A stretch of 24,000 nucleotides of DNA from an uncultured Actinomycetes bacterium. GTDB taxonomy: Bacteria > Actinomycetota > CADDZG01 > WHSQ01. A program made the position numbers and the translations under genes. A model generated the notes under the pieces. It saw only the letters and a list, made by a program, of their open reading frames with translations. It had not been told where the DNA came from and did not search any database. The stretch lies in assembly GCA_963777015.1 (NCBI GenBank), contig CAVZOQ010000003.1:933422-957421 (forward strand), in the 5' to 3' direction. Below are positions 1 through 8,538 of the stretch, piece by piece; position 1 is the stretch's first letter; the number at the start of each line of letters is the position of its first letter.

Positions 1-1
1 G

Positions 2-406
2 ATCGCTTACTTCGAGGTCGACGGACCGCCGACTCCAACTCTGGTGGAGTGGGGAGGGACCGCTATCTATTCGCTTCCGAGTCCCGGGCAGGGGATCAAG
101 GCCGGACAACACATCGCCGGACCCGACACCGATCCCGATGAAGAGGGCCGGGTGAACGACGAGTCCGTCGAGGCCGTCAGCCGGTGGGTGGCCGAACGCT
201 ACCGGTCGGCCGCGCCACGGCCACACCACGCGGAGACGTGCATCTACACGAACACCGAAGACGAGCACTTCGTGCTCGAGCGACACGGCCGGATCGTGAT
301 CGGGTCACCCTGCAGCGGACACGGTTTCAAGTTCGCGCCACTGATCGGTGAGCGGTTGGCCGGCCTGGCGTTGGGTGAGGCGTTCGGTGCTGGAGCACCT
401 CATTAG
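2..406 (+). CDS. FAD-dependent oxidoreductase, monomeric sarcosine oxidase / N-methyltryptophan oxidase-like (C-terminal fragment; 5' end lies off-window)
   Basis: The reading frame is open from the window edge. The C-terminal motif GSPCSGHGFKFAPLIGERLA is typical of DAO-family MSOX/SolA flavoenzymes. Stop TAG at 404-406. Confidence 0.65.
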   Translation: MAYFEVDGPPTPTLVEWGGTAIYSLPSPGQGIKAGQHIAGPDTDPDEEGRVNDESVEAVSRWVAERYRSAAPRPHHAETCIYTNTEDEHFVLERHGRIVIGSPCSGHGFKFAPLIGERLAGLALGEAFGAGAPH

Positions 407-566
407 GGGCTCACCCCGGAGGCGAAGGGATCGCTCGCCACCGCGCCCCGAGGGCCCAGAGCCCGCCGAGAGCTACGGAGACAAGCCCCGCGGAGCCTCG
501 GAAGTGGCCGTCGTCGAGCCTCGTTTAAGCATCGTGAGCAGGGTAAATGGGCCTTCGCCGGGTGGA

Positions 567-582
567 GTTAGGCAACCCTAAC
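567..582. promoter_or_regulatory. Perfect 6-4-6 palindrome GTTAGG-CAAC-CCTAAC in front of sufD; candidate operator next to a -10-like TAGGAT (586-591)
   Basis: Read directly from the sequence. It sits in the 186-bp intergenic region immediately upstream of the first suf gene. No binding protein is known. Confidence 0.25.
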
Positions 583-592
583 TGGTAGGATC

Positions 593-1861
593 GTGAAACC
601 GTTCACAAGCTGGGAGTCCACCTCACATATGCCACGAATGCTGGATCGAGACGCTGCCGAGCGCCTCTCCGAAGACCTTCACGAACCGGGCTGGCTGACC
701 CAGCGCCGGCTTCAGGCGTTCGACGTCTTCGAGAAGCTCGACTTCCCCGATCCCAAGACCGAGGAGTGGCGCTACACGGACGTTCGCGGATTCGACTTCG
801 ACCGCTTCGAGGCCCCCAAAGTAGGCGGGGCGGCGACCCGGTTGCCGGACGATCTGGTGGCGAAGGGTGTGATCTTCACCGACTTCTCCTCCGCAGCCAG
901 GGATCACACGGAGATGCTGCAGGAGCACTTCTTCACGGATGTGCCGATCGATGAGCACATCTTCACGGCTCTTCACGGAGCGTTCTATTCGGACGGGTTG
1001 CTGATCTACGTCCCGCGAGGGGTCGAGGTTGCCCTCCCGCTGGAGACGTTGCGAGATGTTTCGCCCGGTGGTTCCACTTTCCCGCACACCACCATCGTGG
1101 TCGAGGAACTCGGCAGCCTTACTTTCATCGATCGCTTCAAGTCAACGTCGTCCGACCAACCATCCCTGTCGGCGAGTGTCGTGGAGGTCGAGGCACGCGC
1201 GGGAGCCACGGTGAACTACATCTCATTGCAGGAGTGGGGACGGAACGTTCATCACTTTCAGACGCAGCGTTTCACGGGCCATCGTGACTCGACGGTCCGA
1301 AGCTTGGTGGTAAACCTCGGCTCCGCATTCGCAAGGACCCAGGTCGAGTCCGTGCTGAAGGGCGAGGGATCGTTCTCCGAGATGTTGGGCCTGTACTTCG
1401 CGGACTCGAACCAGCACTTCGCCCAACGGACGCTGCAGGCTCACGCCGCCGAGCACACGACCTCCGACCTCCTCTACAAGGGTGCGCTCAAAGAGAGCTC
1501 CCGCTCCGAATACTCGGGCTTGATCAAGGTCGAGAAGGGGGCACAGGGGACCGACGCCTACCAGGCGAACCGGAACATCGTCTTGTCCGAGGATGCTGTC
1601 GCTCGCTCGATCCCGCAACTCGAGATAGAGGCCAACGAAGTGCGTTGCACGCACGGCGCAACGGTCTCACCGGTTGAAGAGGAGCACATCTTTTACCTGA
1701 TGAGCCGTGGGATAGATCGCGTGACCGCGCAGAAGCTCGTCGTCTTCGGTTTCTTCGGCGACGTGCTCGATCGTATCCGCGTGCCGGCCATTCGGGACGA
1801 GCTCTCGCAGTCCATCGCTGCCAAGGTCGAGGGCGAGCAGCGGCTCGAGGTCGCCACCTGA
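593..1861 (+). CDS. sufD: Fe-S cluster assembly protein SufD (SufBD family)
   Basis: The C-terminal region NRNIVLSEDAVARSIPQLEIEANEVRCTHGATVSPVEEEHIFYLMSRGI...VVFGFFGDVL matches the SufD-type beta-helix/C-terminal signature. Operon context is Rieske-sufC-sufS-sufU. The start is ambiguous: GTG 593, or ATG 629 preceded by GGGAG at 612-616. Confidence 0.85.
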   Translation: MKPFTSWESTSHMPRMLDRDAAERLSEDLHEPGWLTQRRLQAFDVFEKLDFPDPKTEEWRYTDVRGFDFDRFEAPKVGGAATRLPDDLVAKGVIFTDFSSAARDHTEMLQEHFFTDVPIDEHIFTALHGAFYSDGLLIYVPRGVEVALPLETLRDVSPGGSTFPHTTIVVEELGSLTFIDRFKSTSSDQPSLSASVVEVEARAGATVNYISLQEWGRNVHHFQTQRFTGHRDSTVRSLVVNLGSAFARTQVESVLKGEGSFSEMLGLYFADSNQHFAQRTLQAHAAEHTTSDLLYKGALKESSRSEYSGLIKVEKGAQGTDAYQANRNIVLSEDAVARSIPQLEIEANEVRCTHGATVSPVEEEHIFYLMSRGIDRVTAQKLVVFGFFGDVLDRIRVPAIRDELSQSIAAKVEGEQRLEVAT

Positions 1862-2188
1862 TGGCGGGTTTCGACGCGGTGGCGAAGCTGGACGAGATAC
1901 CGGACGGCGGCATGAAGCAAGTTGTAGTCAAAGGCGACCTCGTGGGTCTCTACCGCGTCGGCGGAGCCGTTTACGCGATGCACGATGTCTGTACCCATGA
2001 GGAGGCCTACCTGACCGACGGAGAGTTCGAAGCAGAGGAGCTCGAGGTCGAGTGTCCGCTGCACGGATCTCGTTTCAACGTCGAGACGGGCGCGGTGCGC
2101 ATCCTTCCCGCGACCAAGCCGGAACCCATCTACCAAGTAAAGATCGAGGGCGAGCTGATCCTCGTCGGCCCTCGCGAACCCAAGGAGA

Positions 2189-2202
<14 letters not shown>
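1861..2202 (+). CDS. Rieske [2Fe-2S] ferredoxin-like protein embedded in the suf operon
   Basis: Rieske ligand motifs CTHEEAYL (CxH) and CPLHGSRF (CxxH). The ATG overlaps the sufD stop (TGATG). A Rieske gene between sufD and sufC is typical of actinobacterial suf operons. Confidence 0.85.
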
Positions 2203-2998
<796 letters not shown>

Positions 2999-3016
2999 CG
3001 AGGCGATGAGGAAGCG

Positions 3017-4240
3017 ATGTCCCTGAACCCCGAAGTCATCCGCAAGGATTTCCCGATCTTCGACACGCAAGCGCACGGGAAGCGTCTCGTGTACCTCGAT
3101 TCGGCAGCGACATCGCAGAAACCGCGCCAGGTCGTGGACCGGATGGTGCACTTCTACGAGACCGAGAACGCGAACGTTCACAGGGGCGTCTACGAGCTCG
3201 GCGAGAAGGCAACCGCAGCGTACGAAGCGGCCCGCGAGGCGTGCGCTCGCTTCATCGGGGCCACGAGCGTTCGCTCGATCGTGTTCACCCGCGGGACGAC
3301 CGAAGCCATAAATCTCGTTCGCTTCACGTGGGGGCGCGAGAACGTCGGCGAGGGTGACGAGATCCTCCTGACCGAGATGGAACACCATTCGAACCTGATC
3401 CCGTGGCAGCTTCTCGCCCAGGAGAAGGGGGCCACGCTGCGCCATCTTCCAATCGACGACGAGGGCGAGCTGCGCGTCGATCTCCTGGACGAGTACATCA
3501 CCAACAGGACCAAGCTGGTCGGGATGAACCTCATGTCCAACGTGCTCGGGACGATCAACCCGGTGCGCCAGATCGCGGACGCCGCGCATGCGGCCGGCGC
3601 GTTGATCCTCGTCGACGCCGCGCAGGCGGCTCCTCACCTGAGCTTCGACGTCAACGAGCTGGACGCGGACTTCCTCGGATTCTCGGCCCACAAGATGTGC
3701 GGCCCCACGGGGGCCGGGGTCCTCTACGCCCGAGAGCACCTGCTCGAGGAGATGCCGCCCTTCCACGGCGGCGGCGAGATGATTCGCGAGGTCTGGGCCG
3801 ACCGTGCCACGTGGAACGAGATCCCTTACAAGTTCGAGGCGGGTACCCCCAACATCGCTCAGGCGGTCGGCATGGGAGCAGCGGTCGAGTACCTCGAGGG
3901 GTTGGGGATGGACGAGATCCGCCAGCACGAGATGGAGCTCACGTCGTACGCGATAGAACGGATCCGCTCGACCGGGGCGGTCGTCTACGGCCCGAGCGAT
4001 GTGTCACGCCGAGGGGGAGTCGTCTCATTCAATCTCGACGATGTTCATCCGCATGACATGGCCACGATCGTGGACCAGGAGGGCGTCTGTATCCGCGCCG
4101 GACATCACTGCGCGCAACCCTTGATGCGTCGACTGGACGTGCCCGCAACCGCAAGGGCTTCCTTCTACATCTACAACACCCAGGAAGATGTGGATGTGCT
4201 GATCGATGCTCTCGAGAAATCGAAGGGATGGTTCGCTTGA
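3017..4240 (+). CDS. sufS: Cysteine desulfurase SufS (class V aminotransferase, group II)
   Basis: PLP-lysine region SAHKMCGPTGAGVLY and active-site loop RAGHHCAQP. Size is 407 aa. RBS GAGGAAG lies upstream of ATG 3017. Confidence 0.95.
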   Translation: MSLNPEVIRKDFPIFDTQAHGKRLVYLDSAATSQKPRQVVDRMVHFYETENANVHRGVYELGEKATAAYEAAREACARFIGATSVRSIVFTRGTTEAINLVRFTWGRENVGEGDEILLTEMEHHSNLIPWQLLAQEKGATLRHLPIDDEGELRVDLLDEYITNRTKLVGMNLMSNVLGTINPVRQIADAAHAAGALILVDAAQAAPHLSFDVNELDADFLGFSAHKMCGPTGAGVLYAREHLLEEMPPFHGGGEMIREVWADRATWNEIPYKFEAGTPNIAQAVGMGAAVEYLEGLGMDEIRQHEMELTSYAIERIRSTGAVVYGPSDVSRRGGVVSFNLDDVHPHDMATIVDQEGVCIRAGHHCAQPLMRRLDVPATARASFYIYNTQEDVDVLIDALEKSKGWFA

Positions 4241-4668
4241 GTCTCGAGGAGCTGTACAAGGAAGTCATCCTCGATCACTACCGGAGCCCTCGTAACAAGG
4301 GGCGTGTCGATCCCCACGACGTCGCCCTCGAGCGCAACAACCCCCTATGCGGAGACGAGATAGAGCTTTTCCTCAGGTTCGACGGCGGCAACGTCGAGGA
4401 CATAGGTTTCGAGGGCAAGGGTTGCTCAATCTCGCAGGCCTCGGCTTCGATGATGACCGAGAAGGTGAAGGGGATGGATGCCAAGGAGGCGACGGCCTTG
4501 ACCGAGACCATCAAAGCCATGATGGCCGGCGAGACCGAGGGCGATCCCGACGAGCTCGAAGACCTGGTGTCTCTCAAGGGAGTCGTCAAGTATCCGGTGC
4601 GCATCAAGTGCGCACTCCTCGGATGGAACACCCTGCTCGAGGGTCTCGAGGAGGGAGCCCGCCCGTAG
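4228..4668 (+). CDS. sufU: SufU/IscU-like sulfur-transfer/scaffold protein (NifU N-terminal family)
   Basis: Three conserved Cys contexts: NPLCGDEIELF, GKGCSISQASASMM and RIKCALLGW. It overlaps the sufS stop. The alternative TTG 4237 has better RBS spacing. Confidence 0.9.
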   Translation: MVRLSLEELYKEVILDHYRSPRNKGRVDPHDVALERNNPLCGDEIELFLRFDGGNVEDIGFEGKGCSISQASASMMTEKVKGMDAKEATALTETIKAMMAGETEGDPDELEDLVSLKGVVKYPVRIKCALLGWNTLLEGLEEGARP

Positions 4669-4674
4669 GCGGGC
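4657..4674 (+). terminator. Weak GC hairpin (GCCCGCC-cgta-GGCGGGC) spanning the sufU stop codon; possible operon terminator
   Basis: A 7-bp perfect stem seen in the sequence. The downstream tract CTTCTTC is only moderately T-rich. Confidence 0.3.
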
Positions 4675-4756
4675 CCCAGCTTCTTCGGCTCAGACTCTGG
4701 ACACGGGGCGGCCGACGGGCGATGCTCGGACTATGCGCTCATCAGGGAGGTCTCGA

Positions 4757-5110
4757 ATGAAACGCAAGCTCTCGATCGTGATCCTTTGCTTCGGGCTGAT
4801 CGCGCCGCTCCAGGCCGCTCCGGCGCAGGCCCACGACGCGCCGAACCGCTGCGGTCAGAAGCCCGGCCCCGGCGCGGGCTGGTACAAGGTCAGAGGCCAC
4901 GACGTCTCCTGCACGAAGGCCCGTAAGGTCGCCCGCCGGTGGGAGAACAAGTGCGCGGTCGAGGGGAATTGCAATCCCACGGGCCCAACCATCATCCACG
5001 TGTGGCCCACCTACACGTGCCGCCATGAGGACGCCGCCGGCTTGGAGACCGTGAGGGTCAAATGCACCGCCCGAGGAGATCGGATAGTCCACTTCTTCTG
5101 GGGCTCGTGA
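4757..5110 (+). CDS. Small secreted Cys-rich hypothetical protein
   Basis: ATG 4757 is preceded by RBS AGGGAGG (4744-4750). The signal-peptide-like N-terminus is MKRKLSIVILCFGLIAPLQAAPAQA. The mature part has six Cys. I recognise no family. Confidence 0.55.
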   Translation: MKRKLSIVILCFGLIAPLQAAPAQAHDAPNRCGQKPGPGAGWYKVRGHDVSCTKARKVARRWENKCAVEGNCNPTGPTIIHVWPTYTCRHEDAAGLETVRVKCTARGDRIVHFFWGS

Positions 5111-5862
5111 CCGAAGGCGTTTCCACGTCGAGCGCATGGTGGCTCGAGTTATCGATAGCCCTCCTTCTCGCCACTCCGATATTCGGGGGGATGGCGGTGG
5201 CCGGATCCGACCCCGAAAGCGACAGTCCTCGAGTCGCGGCAGGGAAGCCCTCGCCGAGCCCGACGACGGCCGTTGGGGAGTCGGGTCCGTCTTCGAGCCC
5301 CCCCACATCACCGGCTCCGGAGGAAAGCGAACCGCTGGCCATGAACGGGTCCGGCACCCTTCAACTCGTCGAGGGGAGCAGCGCCGTGTTCGGGAGTGGA
5401 CCCCTCCATGGCTTCGCGGTGGAGGTGGAGAAGGGGTTACCCATCGACGAACAGGAGTTCGCGAACCAGGTCGTCGAGGTCTTGAGTGACGACCGCAGCT
5501 GGATCGGGGTCGATGGCATCTCAATCCGGCGCGTGCCGGCGACGTCGGCCTCGTTCAAGGTCGTCCTGGCCGGCCCCGCCCTGACCGACGAGCTCTGCGC
5601 ACCTCTGCAGACGAACGGCATCTATTCCTGCTTCAACGCGGGGAGCGCGGTCATCAATTTCTATCGCTGGATGAACGGAGCGACCGCGTATGGGGACGAC
5701 CTCGCCTCATATCGCCAGTACGTCATCAACCACGAGGTCGGTCACGCTTTCGGGCACGGACACGTCGTCTGTCCCGCGGCGGACGCGCCCGCGCCCGTCA
5801 TGATGCAGCAGACGAAGGGCATCGCCCCCTGCAAGCCGAACCCCTGGCCCGCTACCGCCTGA
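5107..5862 (+). CDS. Membrane-anchored or secreted Zn-metalloprotease-like protein (HExxHxxGxxH; DUF3152-like)
   Basis: Motif INHEVGHAFGHGH. An N-terminal hydrophobic anchor (WWLELSIALLLATPIFGGMAVAG) is followed by a Pro/Ser-rich linker. GTG 5107 overlaps the upstream stop (GTGA). The ORF also extends to ATG 5062. Confidence 0.7.
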   Translation: MTEGVSTSSAWWLELSIALLLATPIFGGMAVAGSDPESDSPRVAAGKPSPSPTTAVGESGPSSSPPTSPAPEESEPLAMNGSGTLQLVEGSSAVFGSGPLHGFAVEVEKGLPIDEQEFANQVVEVLSDDRSWIGVDGISIRRVPATSASFKVVLAGPALTDELCAPLQTNGIYSCFNAGSAVINFYRWMNGATAYGDDLASYRQYVINHEVGHAFGHGHVVCPAADAPAPVMMQQTKGIAPCKPNPWPATA

Positions 5863-5892
5863 CTCGCGAGGAGGAGCTAACAACAGCGGCGA

Positions 5893-6699
5893 TCAGTCCG
5901 GGTGAGCTTGAGCGAACGCGTCCGCGATGATCTCGTAGCCTGAATCGTCCGCGTGTAGGCAGTCCGACCCGCCGACTAGATCTTCGACGCCGAGTCGGCC
6001 GAAGGTCTCGGCCACCGATGCATCCACTCCGGCCGCGATGGCCCGGATGATGTCGTTGAGGCCGGCGGGTAGACCAGGACCGCCCTCGAGGACCAGGTCT
6101 CCGATTAGGGCGAACGGAGCGAAGACGCAACCGGGAAGCGGGTTGTAGTAGGTCATCAAGATGATCTCTGTGTCGGGGCCGGCGGCCGCGCGCAGTTGGG
6201 TCAACGTCAGTGTCAGGTTCTGTGCGATCCGGGTGAAGGTCTCTTGGATGGCGGCGGCGCATTCAGCGGTTACCCCGCCCCCACACACCTGCAGGAGGGG
6301 GAACGCGTCGTTACCTCCGATGTCCATCGTGATGACCTCGACGTCGTTCCGAGGGTTGGCGTCCTGGTTGCGCGCTTCGAGTTCCGCCAGCGCCAGAGGC
6401 AACTGATCGCGCAGAAGCGTCGTCGTCGTCGCTCCGCTGACCCCGATGCTTTCGAGGCGCAAAGCTGCGCAACCCTCCGCCGAGCCCCGTCCCTCGCAAG
6501 AGTGGTTGCGACGGAGATACTCGTGGAAGATAGGCACGTATCCGGTCTGGGCCGGCATCGACGCTCCCACGCCGGTCGAAAGAGAGTCGCCGAGAGACAG
6601 GTACACGGGAACGGAAGCGTGGTCGGGGGACTCCGCGATAGCGGCGGAGGGGATGGCGAGAAGGATCGCGACGATGGCAGCAACGAAGGTTCGTTTCAC
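5893..6699 (-). CDS. SGNH/GDSL-family hydrolase (lipase/esterase), secreted
   Basis: Block I is YLSLGDSLSTG, block III is GGND and block V is DCLHADDSGYE (DxxH). The signal peptide is VKRTFVAAIVAILLAIPSAAIA from GTG 6699, with GGGAGA upstream. The ORF is open to ATG 6783. Confidence 0.8.
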   Translation of the reverse strand: MKRTFVAAIVAILLAIPSAAIAESPDHASVPVYLSLGDSLSTGVGASMPAQTGYVPIFHEYLRRNHSCEGRGSAEGCAALRLESIGVSGATTTTLLRDQLPLALAELEARNQDANPRNDVEVITMDIGGNDAFPLLQVCGGGVTAECAAAIQETFTRIAQNLTLTLTQLRAAAGPDTEIILMTYYNPLPGCVFAPFALIGDLVLEGGPGLPAGLNDIIRAIAAGVDASVAETFGRLGVEDLVGGSDCLHADDSGYEIIADAFAQAHPD

Positions 6700-6837
6700 G
6701 AGTAGGTGTCTCCCAGGAAAGATGGTCCGGGCCTGAAGACCGGTCAGTCTCCGATTGAACGTCCGCGCCGGGCGTTGGGTCAAGGGGTGAGGTTCGGGAT
6801 GGGCGAGACGGGCCCGGGATACTTAACACTATTCACC

Positions 6838-6870
6838 AGTTGCTAAGTGTGTGAAGACCTGGTAGCAACT
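6838..6870. promoter_or_regulatory. 8-bp inverted repeat AGTTGCTA-N17-TAGCAACT immediately upstream of the winged-helix regulator gene; candidate auto-operator or leader hairpin
   Basis: Perfect arms at 6838-6845 and 6863-6870, ending 8 nt before ATG 6878, in a divergent intergenic region. Confidence 0.25.
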
Positions 6871-6877
6871 ATGGATC

Positions 6878-7312
6878 ATGGTTCCCTTGGGCGACGACTC
6901 CGCGACCCGGACCGCGAAGGTCCTGTCGCTGCCCACGCGGGCTGCGATCCTCGCTCATCTGCTGCGCACCGGGCCAAAAACGGTCAAGGAGATCGCCGAC
7001 CACTTCCATATCCACCCCAACGTGGCCCGGGCCCATCTCGACCTCATGACCGAGACCGGTTTCCTCGCGACCGAGACCCGAAGACGGACCAAGGGGCGTC
7101 CTGCGAAGGTGTATTTCACCTGGGAAGGCGAATCCAGCGCCCTGTCGGAAGCCGGTATCGATGTTCCTCTGCGCGAGGGAGAGCGCGACGCGACCGACGA
7201 GCTCGAGGTTGAGCTCCGGATCCTCGAGCGGATGCTGGGGGATGCCGGGGAACAGATGACCCGTATACGAGCGTTGATAGAGGAAGCCAAGAAAAAGGGA
7301 GAAGGAGGCTAG
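6878..7312 (+). CDS. ArsR-like winged-helix transcriptional regulator (cysteine-free) with an acidic/coiled C-terminal tail
   Basis: HTH region TRAAILAHLLRTGPKTVKEIADHFHIHPNVARAHLDLMTETGFL, followed by the wing KGRPAKVYFT. The stop TAG abuts the rhodanese ATG. The competing ORF 6847..7212 is an Arg/Pro-rich shadow. Confidence 0.75.
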   Translation: MVPLGDDSATRTAKVLSLPTRAAILAHLLRTGPKTVKEIADHFHIHPNVARAHLDLMTETGFLATETRRRTKGRPAKVYFTWEGESSALSEAGIDVPLREGERDATDELEVELRILERMLGDAGEQMTRIRALIEEAKKKGEGG

Positions 7313-8155
7313 ATGACCGATTACAGGAACCCGGACGTCCTCGTGGACACCGAATGGCTCGAACAGAACAGCGGCGATGACGGGATCGCCATCGTCGAGG
7401 TCGATGAGGACACCACAGCGTTCGACAAGGGTCATATCCCGAACGCCGTGTCGATCAACTGGGAGACCGAGTTGCACGATGTGCCCAGGCGGGAGTTCAT
7501 CTCATCCGATCAGCTGGCTCGGTTACTCGGTAGCAAAGGGATCTCGAGCGATCAAACGATCGTGCTCTACAGCGGGAACAACAACTGGTTCGCGACCTAC
7601 GCTTACTGGTTGTTGAAGTACCGGGGCGTCGACAACGTGAAGTTGCTCAACGGCGGGCGGAAGAAGTGGGAGCTCGAGAGCCGGCTTCTGACGCAGGACG
7701 ACCCCCAACCACAGCAGGCGACGTTCGCGATCGGCGCGGAGCGGCCCGAGCTCAGAGTGTTCCGCGAAGAAGTCCTCGAGCGTGCGCAGACCGGCGGAGG
7801 AGCATGGGTCGACGTCCGTTCTCCGGAGGAGTTCCGTGGCGAGCTGCTGGCTCCCCCGCACCTTCCTCAGGAACAAGCTCAGGTCCCGGGGCACATCCCG
7901 GGCGCGGCCAACGTCACATGGTCGAAGACCGTTCAAGAGGACGGCACCTTCAAGTCTCCCGAGGAGCTCGAGAAGCTGTATGGGGCCGAGGGGATCACGT
8001 CGGACAAGGAAGTCATCACCTACTGCCGCATCGGCGAACGGTCCTCGCATTCGTGGTTCGTACTCAGAGAGCTGCTGGGTTTCGAGAACGTTCGTAACTA
8101 CGACGGTTCGTGGACCGAGTACGGGAGCCTCGTAGGCGTTCCGGTCGAGAAGTAG
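7313..8155 (+). CDS. Thiosulfate/3-mercaptopyruvate sulfurtransferase (two-domain rhodanese, SseA/CysA-like)
   Basis: The active-site loop YCRIGERSSHSWFVL lies in the C-terminal rhodanese domain, and the N-terminal domain is an inactive rhodanese. Length is 280 aa, typical of actinobacterial CysA/SseA. Confidence 0.9.
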   Translation: MTDYRNPDVLVDTEWLEQNSGDDGIAIVEVDEDTTAFDKGHIPNAVSINWETELHDVPRREFISSDQLARLLGSKGISSDQTIVLYSGNNNWFATYAYWLLKYRGVDNVKLLNGGRKKWELESRLLTQDDPQPQQATFAIGAERPELRVFREEVLERAQTGGGAWVDVRSPEEFRGELLAPPHLPQEQAQVPGHIPGAANVTWSKTVQEDGTFKSPEELEKLYGAEGITSDKEVITYCRIGERSSHSWFVLRELLGFENVRNYDGSWTEYGSLVGVPVEK

Positions 8156-8176
8156 GCCTCGTGTAAGGACGATGGA

Positions 8177-8215
8177 AGGGCGCCGGCTCCCCGCGAGCGG
8201 CGCCCTCTTTCGTCT
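8177..8215 (+). terminator. Hairpin AGGGCGCCG-N12-CGGCGCCCT followed by a CTTTCGTCTCTT tract; possible (leaky) terminator after the rhodanese gene
   Basis: A 9-bp perfect GC-rich stem at 8177-8185 and 8198-8206. The U-tract is interrupted. Confidence 0.4.
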
Positions 8216-8229
8216 CTTAGGCTTCGCCG

Positions 8230-8538
8230 GTGGATGCCGGTGAAGGGCTCGAGGTCAAGGTCTTGTGTTTCGGTGCGATGCGAGAGTTCCTCCCACCCGG
8301 TACTTCGGGCAACTCCACCGTCGTTCAGGTCCCTCCGGGCTCCAGGGTGGGACACGTCGTAGACGCACTCGGTGCACCGAGGAGGCTCGTGTACGCCCTT
8401 CTGGTCGATGGCGTGCAAGCGACTCTCGAACGTGAGGTCCGGGACGGCTCGGAGGTAACCTTGATGCCTCCATTCGCCGGAGGCAGCGAGACGAAACGGG
8501 GGCAGGGATGGCGCGTAGCACCAGACCCAAGAAGCTGA
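8230..8538 (+). CDS. MoaD/ThiS-family ubiquitin-like sulfur-carrier protein with a 17-aa extension after the Gly-Gly
   Basis: Beta-grasp pattern LEVKVLCFGAMREFL...VDGVQA...DGSEVTLMPPFAGG resembles MoaD (..FPPVTGG). GTG start at 8230. In-frame tail SETKRGQGWRVAPDPRS (8485-8535) follows the GG. The 3' end overlaps the next gene by 31 nt. Confidence 0.65.
   Translation: MDAGEGLEVKVLCFGAMREFLPPGTSGNSTVVQVPPGSRVGHVVDALGAPRRLVYALLVDGVQATLEREVRDGSEVTLMPPFAGGSETKRGQGWRVAPDPRS

Noticed and set aside
348-581. A 77-aa ORF in the intergenic region before sufD, and ORF 6847..7212 overlapping the regulator gene
   Set aside because: Both are Arg/Pro-rich with no RBS and no motifs. For 6847..7212, the competing frame from 6878 encodes a clean winged-helix fold.
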